Program-made: the position numbers and the translations under genes
Assembly (NCBI RefSeq): GCF_028368995.1
Contig: NZ_JAQNDL010000002.1
Span: 960,001-1,024,000 of the forward strand
Source of the DNA: Nannocystis bainbridge
GTDB taxonomy: Bacteria > Myxococcota_A > Polyangia > Nannocystales > Nannocystaceae
Direction: 5' to 3'
DNA: 64,000 bases
Shown: in pieces, positions 1 to 11,456 of the stretch
Numbering within the stretch: the stretch's first letter is position 1
Layout: each line of letters begins with the position of its first letter
The notes under the pieces: model-generated
Database searches by the model: none
The model's input: the letters and a program-made list of their open reading frames with translations, nothing else
What the model was told of the DNA's origin: nothing

Positions 1-477
1 GGCGGCGGCGGGATCGTGGCCGACAACGCGACCCTCGACATCAGCTTCAGCGGGATCCTCGCCAACAACGCCGAGGTCGACCCCATGGACATGACCGCCC
101 GCGGCGACTCGATCCACTGCGTCAACGACAACGTCGACGGGGTCATCCGCAACTCGGCGATCGGCCGCAAGCAGATGGGCAACGTGCTGTCGGTCAAGTG
201 CAGCGCCATGCTGAGCATCACGAACTCCCTGATCGACAGCGACGAGTTCAAGATCGGCAACAACAAGAAGGCCGGCGAGGATATTCTCGGGTACTTCCTG
301 GCCAATGGGGTCACCGGGGCGCGACCCCTCAATCCTCAGCCGCCGATGGGCTTGCCCAAGGATCTCGAGTTCGCGGTGTGGAAGAAGGGCGACCCGGTGG
401 TCGACTACGACGGCCAGCCGCGCCCGGCCAAGGTCAATCAGAAGGACTTCGTCGGCGCCGACATCATGGGCCAGTGA
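1..477 (+). CDS. C-terminal part of a Cys-rich beta-helix lipoprotein paralog (5'-truncated by window edge)
   Basis: Frame is open from base 1. Ends with WKKGDPVVDYDGQPRP...GAD, the same C-terminal motif as the three downstream paralogs. Confidence 0.8.
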   Translation, partial: GGGGIVADNATLDISFSGILANNAEVDPMDMTARGDSIHCVNDNVDGVIRNSAIGRKQMGNVLSVKCSAMLSITNSLIDSDEFKIGNNKKAGEDILGYFLANGVTGARPLNPQPPMGLPKDLEFAVWKKGDPVVDYDGQPRPAKVNQKDFVGADIMGQ

Positions 478-579
478 AGCCGCGTGCGCGCTCGCGCGCG
501 AGTGTGCACGGGCTTGCACGTGGGCGCGCGAACGGCTCAGATTGCGGCCCGCGGGGCCCTTGGGGATACTGCCGGGACC

Positions 580-2124
580 ATGCGCATCTCCTTGCTTTGT
601 CGGGGCCTCGGGTTCGGCCTCGGCTTCCTCGCGGCGGCATGCACGCCGGGCGGCCCGCAGACTGAAACGTCGTCCGAGAGCGACAGCGACGCTTGCCAGC
701 CGGGTTCGCTGAACTGTGTGTGCGAGGCCAACGGCTGTGATCCGGGCCTCGTGTGCGCGTCGGGCTTCTGCGTCGAAGACGGCAGCGGGAGCTCCGAAGC
801 GACGCTCACCACCAGCACCTCGTCACCGACCTCGGCGACCGAGACCGACCCCGGCACGACGGACCCCACGGGCCCCACGGTGACCACCGAGACCCCGCAG
901 TGCGACGACGGTCCGGGCGTCTCGCAGCAGTGCCCCGAGACCGCGCCGTACTGCCTCGCCGAGGGGGTCTGCGCCGACTGCTCCGGCTTGACGAGCTGCG
1001 CCGACATCGACGCCGGCGCGCCCGCGTGCGACGCCGCCTCGGGCCTGTGCGTCGAGTGTACCGAGGCCGACGCCTCGGCTTGCGGCGGTAACACGCCCGT
1101 GTGCGACGCGGCCGACAACACCTGCGCCGCGTGCACCGATCACGAGCAGTGCCCGAGCGGCGCCTGCAACATCGCCACCGGCGCCTGCTTCGAGGACGCG
1201 CTGTGGGTCGACGGTCAGGCCGACTGCGGCGGCGACGGCAGCGAGGACGCCCCGTTCTGCGAGATCCAGGACGCCATCGCCGTCATCGGCACCGGCAAGC
1301 CCACCGTCGTGCACGTCAAGCCGGGTCCTTCGTACAAGACCAAGATCGACGTCGGCAGCAACCTGGTCGTGGCCATCGTCGGCGACGGCCCCTCGCCGGC
1401 GATCGACGTCGACGTCGACGCGCTGCTCGTCAACGACGACGCCCGCGTCTACCTCAAGGACCTGCGCTTCATCGGCAGCTCGATGTCGGCCGGCAACGCG
1501 CTGGTGTGCCTCAACGCCGAGGTGTGGGCCGACAAGGTCGAGTTCTCGTCGCGCGAGTCGGTGGCGATCGACACCATCGGCTGCGCCCTGCAGATCCGTC
1601 GCTCGCGCGTGTACGCCAACCAGGGCGGCGGGATCCGGATCGACAAGGGGCAGACGCGGATCGAGAACAGCTTCATCACCTCGAACGGCGGCAACTTCGC
1701 GCAGTACGGCGGCATCCACGTCGTCACCGGCGACCTCGACGTCGTCTACTCGTCGATCATCGGCAACAACAGCGACGCCAACGCCGACTCGCTCCACTGC
1801 AACGATCCGGGCACGATCCGTCTGCGCAACGTGGTCCTGTTCGGCCAGTCGCAGCTGACCTCGGTCACCTGCGACGGCGCGACCGTCAGCGACAGCCTCG
1901 TCGACAGCAGCGTGCTCGCCGGTCGCAACGTGACGGTCGAGGGCGCTGCTCAGTCGGCGTGGTTCGAGAACGCCGCGGGCGGTGACTTCCACGCCAAGGC
2001 CGGGGCGCCGTTCGCGGAGCTCGGGCGCTGGCGCACCGGCGATCCCGCGGTCGATTACGACGGCGATCCGCGGCCCGACGTCGACATGTCGCCCGACTGG
2101 GCCGGCGCCGATCGCTTGCCGTGA
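580..2124 (+). CDS. Cys-rich lipoprotein with right-handed beta-helix domain (paralog 2)
   Basis: Signal peptide with lipobox-like FLAAAC, Thr/Ser linker, CxxC-rich repeats, beta-helix-like ENSFITSN/YSSIIGN repeats, C-terminal WRTGDPAVDYDGDPRP...GAD. Confidence 0.8.
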   Translation: MRISLLCRGLGFGLGFLAAACTPGGPQTETSSESDSDACQPGSLNCVCEANGCDPGLVCASGFCVEDGSGSSEATLTTSTSSPTSATETDPGTTDPTGPTVTTETPQCDDGPGVSQQCPETAPYCLAEGVCADCSGLTSCADIDAGAPACDAASGLCVECTEADASACGGNTPVCDAADNTCAACTDHEQCPSGACNIATGACFEDALWVDGQADCGGDGSEDAPFCEIQDAIAVIGTGKPTVVHVKPGPSYKTKIDVGSNLVVAIVGDGPSPAIDVDVDALLVNDDARVYLKDLRFIGSSMSAGNALVCLNAEVWADKVEFSSRESVAIDTIGCALQIRRSRVYANQGGGIRIDKGQTRIENSFITSNGGNFAQYGGIHVVTGDLDVVYSSIIGNNSDANADSLHCNDPGTIRLRNVVLFGQSQLTSVTCDGATVSDSLVDSSVLAGRNVTVEGAAQSAWFENAAGGDFHAKAGAPFAELGRWRTGDPAVDYDGDPRPDVDMSPDWAGADRLP

Positions 2125-2302
2125 TCGTCGCTAGCGACGTTGCACGGGCGTCATCGACGTCGTGGCGCGTCGCTGCGGCCGTCGTTCGCCGCTTCGGACG
2201 CCGTTGCGCGCGTTCGTCGGGCGCGGGGGCGCGCGCGCATTTTCAAGGCGTGTCCCGAGGGACAGGTTGCGACCGGGCCGGCGAACGGGAATACTCGAGC
2301 GA

Positions 2303-3865
2303 ATGATGCGGCTCGCGTCAGCGCATTTGGCTTTGTGGCTCGGATTCGGCGGCCTGCTCGGGGTCGCCTGCACGGGCTCCTCCGGGACGACCACCGAGAG
2401 CTCCAGCTCGTCCACCGGCAACACCGAGTGCCTGGTCGGCAGCGTCGGCTGTGCGTGCACGCCGGGCGGCACCTGCGACGGCAACCTCGTGTGCGCCTCC
2501 AAGTATTGCGTCCCGCTCGAGGACACCACCGGCGTCACGTCGACGGACACGAGTCTGCCGACCACCGGGACCGACACGGCCGGCGAGTGCGAGCCGGGCG
2601 AAGGCCAGCCGAACCCGGCGTGCAGCAGCCCCGCCGAGCCGTACTGCAGCGGCAACGGCGAGTGCGTCGATTGCAGCGGCCTCGCGAGCTGCGCGGTCGT
2701 CGATCCGGCCACGCCCGCGTGCGACCCGGCGACCGGCCTGTGCGTCGCGTGCACCGAGAGCGACGCCTCCGGCTGCACCGGCACCACGCCGATCTGCGAC
2801 TCGGCGCTGCAGACCTGCCAGGCGTGCACGCAGCACGAGCAGTGCACGGGCGGCGCCTGTGACCTCGAGACCGGCGCGTGCTTCCTCGCCGAGGACGCGC
2901 TGTGGGTCGCCGGCGCCGGCGCCTGCGACGACGCCGCGAGCGGCAGCGAGGCCGAGCCGCTGTGCACGATCGCCGAGGCGCTCGCGCGGGTCGAGCCGGC
3001 CACCCCGCGGGCGATCCGGGTCCGCGCCGCCGTCTACGACGAGCCGCTCGCCGTGCCCGCGGCCAGCAGCGTCGCCATCGTCCGCGCCGGCGCCGGCGAC
3101 GTCGAGATCACCGGCAGCGGCGAGGCGGCGCTCGCCATCGCCAGCGGCGCGCGCGTCTACCTCGACGGCCTCGAGATCCGCGGCAACGCGACCGGCAGCG
3201 GGGTCGTCTGCGGCGGCGGCGACCTGCTGTGGATCGAGCGCTCGCTGATCCGCGAGCACCACGTCAGCGGGGTATCGGCCAGCGGCTGCGAGGTGCGGGT
3301 GCGCGCGACCACGCTGACGAAGAACCTCGGCGAGGGCCTGTTCGTGTCGGGCGGCTCGGTCCGGATCGAGAACTCCTTCATCACCGAGAACGGCGACAAG
3401 GCCATCGCCGACAACCCGCGCGGCGGGCTCGCGCTGGCGGGCGGCGCCGCGGCCACGCTGGTCTACGTCACGCTGGTCGGCAACAACGCGTACACCGGCG
3501 GCGGTCTGTCGGTCGAGTGCGAGCCCGACATGGGCGAGGAGTCGATCAGCCTGCGCAACTCGATCGCCTTCAACGCCGTCGGCTACAGCACCTTCAATTG
3601 CGAGGGTGCCGAGGTCGTGTCGCACTCGGCGTACTCGGCCGCGACCGACGAGCCCAACGACGACAACGTCGGCGTGGCGACGGCCGAGGTGCCGATGCTC
3701 GTGACCCTGGACGTGGCGATCCCGGGCGTGTACCGGCCGAGCCCCGGCGGCAAGCTCGACGCCGTGGCGATGTTCGCCGAGGGAGACCCCGACATCGACT
3801 TCGAGGGCGACCCGCGACCGACCGACGCATTGAGCTTCCCTGGCGCGGATCAGCCCCCGCCGTGA
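2303..3865 (+). CDS. Cys-rich lipoprotein with beta-helix domain (paralog 3)
   Basis: Lipobox LGVAC. Cys block is colinear with paralog 2 (CVDCSGLASC...HEQC..GAC...TGACF). Contains ENSFITEN and C-terminal GDPDIDFEGDPRP...GAD. Confidence 0.8.
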   Translation: MMRLASAHLALWLGFGGLLGVACTGSSGTTTESSSSSTGNTECLVGSVGCACTPGGTCDGNLVCASKYCVPLEDTTGVTSTDTSLPTTGTDTAGECEPGEGQPNPACSSPAEPYCSGNGECVDCSGLASCAVVDPATPACDPATGLCVACTESDASGCTGTTPICDSALQTCQACTQHEQCTGGACDLETGACFLAEDALWVAGAGACDDAASGSEAEPLCTIAEALARVEPATPRAIRVRAAVYDEPLAVPAASSVAIVRAGAGDVEITGSGEAALAIASGARVYLDGLEIRGNATGSGVVCGGGDLLWIERSLIREHHVSGVSASGCEVRVRATTLTKNLGEGLFVSGGSVRIENSFITENGDKAIADNPRGGLALAGGAAATLVYVTLVGNNAYTGGGLSVECEPDMGEESISLRNSIAFNAVGYSTFNCEGAEVVSHSAYSAATDEPNDDNVGVATAEVPMLVTLDVAIPGVYRPSPGGKLDAVAMFAEGDPDIDFEGDPRPTDALSFPGADQPPP

Positions 3866-4010
3866 GCGCGAATTGTTGCCTCCGCGGCCAAAAAATCCCC
3901 GCGGTCACCGAGCCGGTGGCGAGTTTTCCGGTTCGGACATGGCTTTGTGGACAACTCGCGTGGCCCGGTGCATCCTGGCCACGATCCCCTTTGTGCACTA
4001 GGAGTTACCG

Positions 4011-5513
4011 ATGACCCGAACGTACTGGACCGTCGCAATCTTGGCCTGCGCGCCGCTGGTCGCCGGCTGTCCGCCGACCTACACCCCCGGGGAGACCGAG
4101 AGCGGGACCGAGACCGAGGGCGAGACGAACGAAACGTCGACCTCGACCGACACGACGCTGACGACTTCGACGTCGACCCAGCCCACGTCGACGACCGAGG
4201 CCGAGACCTCGACGACCACCACGAGCACGTCGACCTCGGAGCCGACCACCGGCACCATGGGCTGCGCCGGTGACGGCGACTGCGGCGACGCGAGCAAGCC
4301 GTTCTGCGTCGACGAGGCCTGCGTCGGCTGCGACGGCACGGCCGAGCCGGACGCCACCTGCGCCGAGGTCGACGCGGCCACGCCGGTCTGCGACATGGAC
4401 GCGGGCGCCTGCGTCGTGTGCACGCCGGACAACAAGGCCCTGTGCTCGGGCACGACCCCGGTGTGCGACGCCGCCACCAACGAGTGCGCCGGCTGCATCG
4501 AGCACGCTGACTGCCCGGACAGCGCCTGCAACGCCGAGTCGGGCGCCTGCTTCGCGCTCGAGAACGTCATCCACGTCGACAGCGCCGCCCAGTGCGACAT
4601 CGGCGACGGCACCAAGGCGCAGCCGTTCTGCCAGATCACGCAGGCGCTCGACCAGGTGGGGATGAACGACCCGTCGCTCGGCTGGACCATCAAGGTCAAG
4701 ACCGGCAACTACATCCAGCCCGCGCTGGTCGTGCCCGAGGCGAGCAACCTGGCGATCGTCGGCGACGGCGGCGTCGCCAAGATCCGCTCGACCACCGCGG
4801 CGACGCTGCAGATCAGCCCGTCGTCGAAGGTCACGCTCGGCAAGCTCAACCTCGCCAGCAACGCCGACGACTCCGGCATGACCTGCACGGGCTCGCAGGT
4901 CCTCGGCAGCGACCTGACCTTCAGCCTCAACCGCCAGGGCTACGTCGGAACCGACTGCACCGCGCACTTCAACCGCAGCGTGTTCTACAAGAACACCTCG
5001 GGCGGCCTGTCGGCGTTCGGCGCCGGCGCGACCGCGCTGGTCAACAGCTACGTGTCCAACAACGGCTCCAACGCCGAGTCCAACTACGGCGGCGTGCTGA
5101 CCGGCCAGGGCCACGAGCTCAGCCTGATCTACTCGACGGTGGTCAACAACCTGTCCGAGGTCGGCGCGCGCTCGCTGCTGTGCATGCCCGACGCCGGCCC
5201 GGCGACGATCCGCAACTCGGTCATCATCGCCTTCGTCGCCCCGTCGATCGACTGCGCGACCGCGACGTTCGAGAACTCCGCCATCGACGAGGGCAAGCAG
5301 GACGGCGACACCAACCTGCTCGCCGTCATGGCCGACGCGATGACGTGGTTCGAGCCGCAGGTCGGCGGCGTGTACAAGGCCAAGGCCGATACGCCGATCG
5401 CCGAGCTCGCGGTGTGGAAGGACGGCGACCCCGCGACCGACTTCAACGGCGACGCGCGGCCGGCGACCAACGAGAGCACCGACTACGCCGGCGCCGACCG
5501 CCCGGCTCCCTGA
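4011..5513 (+). CDS. Cys-rich lipoprotein with beta-helix domain (paralog 4)
   Basis: GGAG RBS upstream, lipobox LVAGC, Thr-rich linker, Cys repeats, C-terminal WKDGDPATDFNGDARP...GAD. Confidence 0.85.
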   Translation: MTRTYWTVAILACAPLVAGCPPTYTPGETESGTETEGETNETSTSTDTTLTTSTSTQPTSTTEAETSTTTTSTSTSEPTTGTMGCAGDGDCGDASKPFCVDEACVGCDGTAEPDATCAEVDAATPVCDMDAGACVVCTPDNKALCSGTTPVCDAATNECAGCIEHADCPDSACNAESGACFALENVIHVDSAAQCDIGDGTKAQPFCQITQALDQVGMNDPSLGWTIKVKTGNYIQPALVVPEASNLAIVGDGGVAKIRSTTAATLQISPSSKVTLGKLNLASNADDSGMTCTGSQVLGSDLTFSLNRQGYVGTDCTAHFNRSVFYKNTSGGLSAFGAGATALVNSYVSNNGSNAESNYGGVLTGQGHELSLIYSTVVNNLSEVGARSLLCMPDAGPATIRNSVIIAFVAPSIDCATATFENSAIDEGKQDGDTNLLAVMADAMTWFEPQVGGVYKAKADTPIAELAVWKDGDPATDFNGDARPATNESTDYAGADRPAP

Positions 5514-5557
5514 GCGGGCCTCGAGGACATGTCCTGCGGGACATGTCCTGAAAGCAT

Positions 5558-5590
5558 GAGAGGAGGCCGCGAGGCCTCCTCTCTTTGTTT
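5558..5590 (+). terminator. Rho-independent terminator
   Basis: Perfect 11-bp stem GAGAGGAGGCC/GGCCTCCTCTC, GCGA loop, TTTGTTT tail, just after the lipoprotein array. Confidence 0.8.
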
Positions 5591-5972
5591 GGGTCGCGGC
5601 ACCGTCAAATTGACGATCGACGTCTGGCGCGCTCTCCGGCCGGCAAGCGGGCAGGCGCCCAGGGCGAGCTGCTGCGATGGCGTGGGAAGATCGCCGTGGT
5701 GCCCGGCGAAGCGGCCGCGGGCGAGGTGGTGGAGCGTCGAGCAGGGCAGGGGCCAGGACATGCCGATTGTGAGCGGGGCTCTCGCGCCGTCTCCCGATGA
5801 CGCTCGCCACCATCGAGAAGACCAGGCTCTCGCATCCGGGCGTGACGCGGCGGAGCGGCCGCCTCGCTGCCGGGCCTCGAGCTTGCGCCACGTCTGGCGA
5901 TATGCGCGCACGAGATTGGGACGCGCCCGCTGGCGCTGGCGTCGGCGGGCGAGCGTGCTAGCGTCGGCAGAG

Positions 5973-6155
5973 ATGAAGATCCGCTGCCCGATCTGTCACA
6001 AAGAGCAGGAGGTACCCGCCGACTTCGCGTATCGGCCGTTCTGCTCGCAGCGCTGCAAGACGATCGACCTCGGCAACTGGCTCGGCGAGGCGTACCGGAT
6101 CTCCCGGCCGATCGCCGCCGACGACGAAGAGCCGGGCGTCCGCGGCGAAAACTGA
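5973..6155 (+). CDS. yacG: DNA gyrase inhibitor YacG
   Basis: CPIC...RPFCSQRCKTIDLGNWLGEAYRI signature, 60 aa. Confidence 0.92.
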   Translation: MKIRCPICHKEQEVPADFAYRPFCSQRCKTIDLGNWLGEAYRISRPIAADDEEPGVRGEN

Positions 6156-6425
6156 GAGCCGTCGAAGCGCCGTGTGGGGCGCCGCGCGGGCGCCCTGACG
6201 GACATGTCCCTGCGGACATGCGCATGGCGCCGGTGCCCGGCGCCATGTCCGAGAGCCTTCGAAGCGCCGTGCGGGCGCCCTGACGGACATGTCCCTGCGG
6301 ACATGCGCATGGCGCCAGCGCCATGTCCGAGAGCCTTCGAAGCGCCGCGCGGGCGCCCTGATGGACATGTCCCTCCAGACATGCACATGGCGCCATGTCC
6401 CGAGTGACATGCCCGAACGGGCAGG
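6154..6425. repeat. Three tandem ~78-97 bp intergenic repeats containing 14-bp palindromic units
   Basis: GAGAGCC(G/T)TCGAAGCGCCG starts at 6154, 6251 and 6329, each followed by GGCGCCCTGA(C/T)GGACATGTCCCT..GACATG. Junctions at 6366, 6380, 6394, 6408, 6422. Confidence 0.9.
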
Positions 6426-6427
6426 TC

Positions 6428-8230
<1,803 letters not shown>

Positions 8231-8370
8231 GCCCGCGGGTTCTACCACGGGCCCCCCCGGCGCGCCGACCCGCGCGTGGGCGCGGCGTAGCTCACAAGCC
8301 CCGGCCCCCCGCCGTCCGTCCCCGGCCCGCCGCTGGTGAATCTCGCGCCGAACGGCTACGTTCCGGGGCC

Positions 8371-10230
8371 ATGGGAAAGCCCACTGCCGCGCCCGGGGAG
8401 CCTCATGGCTGGGGGATCCGCCTGTCGTTCCGCGGTCGCACGGTGGCCCAGATCGCGGCCGACGACGCCGCCCCGGTCGCCCTCGGCGAGGGCAAGGACT
8501 GCGATCTCGTACTCCCCGGTCTCGGCGAGCGCACGCCGCTGACCGACGGCGCGACCCTGATCGTCCCCGCCGGCCTCGTCGGTGAGATCCACGTCGGCGA
8601 GCGCACGCAGGCAGCGGAGGGCAGGGTGATCCTGGCGCCCGGCGACCGGGCCTCGCTGCGGATGGCGGCCCACCCGGACATCACGCTCGAGATCCAGCGG
8701 GTCACGCGCGAGCGCCTGCCGTGGTCGGCCCGCTTCCACGCCCGCGACCTGGCCCGTCAGCTCGTCACCGGGGCGGCGCTGGTCGCCATGGTGGCGCTGC
8801 TGTGGCGGGTCGAGGCGGCCGAGAACGTGCTCAAGCTGCGCGGGGAGCCGACGGCGGTCGACGACTCGCCGCTGCTGCGAGTGATGTTCGCGCCGACGCC
8901 CGAACCACTCGAGGTGGTCCGGACCCGCGAGCTGTTCCTCGCGCACCTGCCGCCGCCACCGCCGCCGGCCGCCGAGGAGCCTGGCCCGGACCTGGAGACG
9001 AGCGATCCTTCGGCGATCGCGCTGGCGCTGGGGGGCGTGGTCGAAGCCGCGGCGGTCGTGCCCGAGGAGGCGCCGGTCGAGGCGCCGCGCCCGGGCAAGA
9101 AGAAGCGCCGCAGCAAGCGCGCGCCGGATGTGGTCGAGTTCGGGGTCCTCAGCGCCTACGGCACCTTCAAGGAGGAGAGCGACGTCGCGTACCTCAGTAT
9201 GCTCGAGACGGGCAGTGATGACAGCGACGCCGTCGCGGTCCTCCGCGGCGGAGTGATCGGCGAGGGCGTCGGCGGGGGCGGCCTCGGCTACGAGGGCGGG
9301 GTGGTCGAAGGCGTCGCCGGCGGGGTGCTCGGCGGTGTCGTGCTCGACAGTGTGGCTGAAGGGACAGGTCTCGAAGAACCTGCCCCTTTGAACATGGTCG
9401 TCGGGACAGTCCATGAGATCGGTCCGAACTCGCACGCGGCGGCGGGGGCCACCGCGCCGCGCGGCGAGCTCGACGGCCTGGCGGCGGCGGTCGTCGCGAC
9501 CTCGTGCCCTGATCCCGCGATCGTGCGCAAGCAGCAGATCGACGTGGTGTTCGCGGTCGATGTGTCGACGACGATGAACTTCATGCTCGCCAAGATCGGC
9601 CGCGAGATCGCCGCGGTCGACGCGGAGGTGCGGCTCCACAACCTCGACGCGCGCTACGGCCTGGTCGTGTTCGTCGACGACGTGATGGTCACGAACGGCG
9701 GCCAGCCGTTCGCCGACCTGGCGGGGCTGCAGCAGGAGCTGACGCGGTGGCAGCGGTTCACCGCCGGCAACCGCGAGATCGGCAGCGCCGACGCCAACCT
9801 CGACTGGCCGGAGAACACGCTCGACGCGCTGCACGCGGCCGCGACCCGGTTCGCCTGGCGCGACCCGGCGACGACGCTGCGCGCGGTGGTCCACGCCACC
9901 GACGACGACTTCGGCGAGGCGCCCGCGGTGCAGAGCGGCCAGCGCGTGCAGCACGGCTACGGCGAGACGGTCACGGCCCTGCGCGCGGCCGAGGTGCGGG
10001 TGTTCAGCTTCGCGGCCAAGGTCGGCGGCCAGTGCGAGTGCCTCGACGTGCGCGCCGGGCTGTTCGCGCCCTACCGCGGGCAGCAGGCGATCCCGGCGGC
10101 GACCGGCGGGGCGGTGTTCGACATCGACGAGGTCGCGTCGGGCGCGCTGAACTTCGGCGCCGCGGTGTCGGGGGCGCTGAACTCGGCGGTCTGCACGCAC
10201 TATCCGCTCTCGCCATTCGCCGGCAAATAG
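8371..10230 (+). CDS. Membrane-anchored protein with C-terminal von Willebrand A domain
   Basis: One TM segment (LVTGAALVAMVALLW), Pro/Gly-rich linker, MIDAS-like IDVVFAVDVSTTM, YGLVVFVD, PENTLDAL, VVHATDDDF. Confidence 0.7.
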   Translation: MGKPTAAPGEPHGWGIRLSFRGRTVAQIAADDAAPVALGEGKDCDLVLPGLGERTPLTDGATLIVPAGLVGEIHVGERTQAAEGRVILAPGDRASLRMAAHPDITLEIQRVTRERLPWSARFHARDLARQLVTGAALVAMVALLWRVEAAENVLKLRGEPTAVDDSPLLRVMFAPTPEPLEVVRTRELFLAHLPPPPPPAAEEPGPDLETSDPSAIALALGGVVEAAAVVPEEAPVEAPRPGKKKRRSKRAPDVVEFGVLSAYGTFKEESDVAYLSMLETGSDDSDAVAVLRGGVIGEGVGGGGLGYEGGVVEGVAGGVLGGVVLDSVAEGTGLEEPAPLNMVVGTVHEIGPNSHAAAGATAPRGELDGLAAAVVATSCPDPAIVRKQQIDVVFAVDVSTTMNFMLAKIGREIAAVDAEVRLHNLDARYGLVVFVDDVMVTNGGQPFADLAGLQQELTRWQRFTAGNREIGSADANLDWPENTLDALHAAATRFAWRDPATTLRAVVHATDDDFGEAPAVQSGQRVQHGYGETVTALRAAEVRVFSFAAKVGGQCECLDVRAGLFAPYRGQQAIPAATGGAVFDIDEVASGALNFGAAVSGALNSAVCTHYPLSPFAGK

Positions 10231-10288
10231 CCTCGGAGGCCGCGAGGGCCTTCTCAAGCGCGGGCGTCCGGCGCTAAGGTGACGGCCG

Positions 10289-10549
10289 GTGGCGGGCGAC
10301 GTGCAAAAGCAGCTCGGCGAGCTCGAGCAGCTGGCGGGCAACCTCGGGGTCCGGGTCTGTTATGAGTCGATGACCGGCCTGTCGCAGGGTGGCGGCGGCC
10401 TGTGCAAGGTCCGCGGCGAGTGGCGGGTGATCATGGACAAGCGGCTCAAGCCGGCCGAGCGCCTGGAGGTGCTCGCCAACGGGCTGAAGAGCTTCGACAC
10501 CGAGGCGCACTTCTTGTCGCCGCAGGTGCGGGCGCTGCTCGAGGCGTAG
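10289..10549 (+). CDS. Small conserved hypothetical protein
   Basis: 86 aa with typical codon usage and a GGLCKVRGEWRVIMDKRL motif. Confidence 0.7.
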   Translation: MAGDVQKQLGELEQLAGNLGVRVCYESMTGLSQGGGGLCKVRGEWRVIMDKRLKPAERLEVLANGLKSFDTEAHFLSPQVRALLEA

Positions 10550-10820
10550 GCGAATCGGCCCGCGCGACGCGTGGACGACGCTCCCGAGCCGCATGCTCGA
10601 GCCGTCGTGCAAGCGATGCCTCGCCAGCCGACGCGGCACCGGGGGACACTCAAATGTCCTCGAAGAACATGTCCCGAAGGCCAGCATGATATGTCCTCCG
10701 GGACACGTCGACAGGATGCCTGTCCCTGCGGACATGTCCGTTCGCGCAGGCTCCGATCGACCGCGTGCCCGAGCGCCTCGCGCCAGCGTGGAGGCCGGTC
10801 AAAACCCCCGCGGGCGGGCA

Positions 10821-11138
10821 CTAAATAGGGGCCAAGAGATCGGCCAGCGCCGGGTCGTCGGCCAGCAGCGCCGAGACCTCACGTTCCACGGCGGCCCACG
10901 CCTCGGAAGAAACGCGGGTCGGGCGCTGAGCGGCGACGGTCGCGGCGACGAGGCGCTCTGCCGCGACTGCGGGCTCGAGTTCGCCGGCGGCGACCGCCGC
11001 CGCGAGCGCCTCGCCGGGCGTCACGCCGGTCGTCGACGCGGTCGCCGCGACGCCCTCGGTCGCGGTCGGGCTCACGGGCTGCGGGCCCTCGGCGCGGGTG
11101 ATGCCCGCGACCGTCGTGGGATCGTCGATCGGCCGCAT
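10821..11138 (-). CDS. Hypothetical protein
   Basis: Ala-rich helical ORF ending LLADDPALADLL, with plausible codon usage. Confidence 0.55.
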   Translation of the reverse strand: MRPIDDPTTVAGITRAEGPQPVSPTATEGVAATASTTGVTPGEALAAAVAAGELEPAVAAERLVAATVAAQRPTRVSSEAWAAVEREVSALLADDPALADLLAPI

Positions 11139-11456
11139 CGGTCTCGCAGGCCAAGGTAACAGGTCCGGCACGCGCTGTCAGGGGCGCGCGGCTCACCTTC
11201 GCCCGGCGAGGTCGGCGCGCGACCTGCGAGCCGCGGGGGAGGTGGCGAGGTCACCGGGCACCGAGCCATGGCCGGGCGCGCGGCGAGCCGTCGCAGCGCG
11301 CCCGGAAAGTCGCTCTGTCGCGCCGGTCCAGACGCTCACGAGGGGGCGCCGGCGAGGCGCGCGGGGGGCCGCCGCTGGCGGCCGATTGACTTTCGCTCGC
11401 GCCCGGGGTCACATGGCGGGGCCCTGCTTCCTCGCGTGCATGGGCCGGAGTTCGCG

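Noticed and set aside
500-520. Sigma-54 promoter (TGCACGGGCTTGCA) upstream of paralog 2
   Set aside because: It lacks the -24 GG and the spacing is one base short of GG-N10-GC.
5525-5548. GGACATGTCC matches the eukaryotic p53 half-site RRRCWWGYYY
   Set aside because: It is the junction of two TGTCC-N4-GGACA units. Junction variants CAGG/CCTG break the p53 consensus and the context is bacterial, so it is treated as coincidence.
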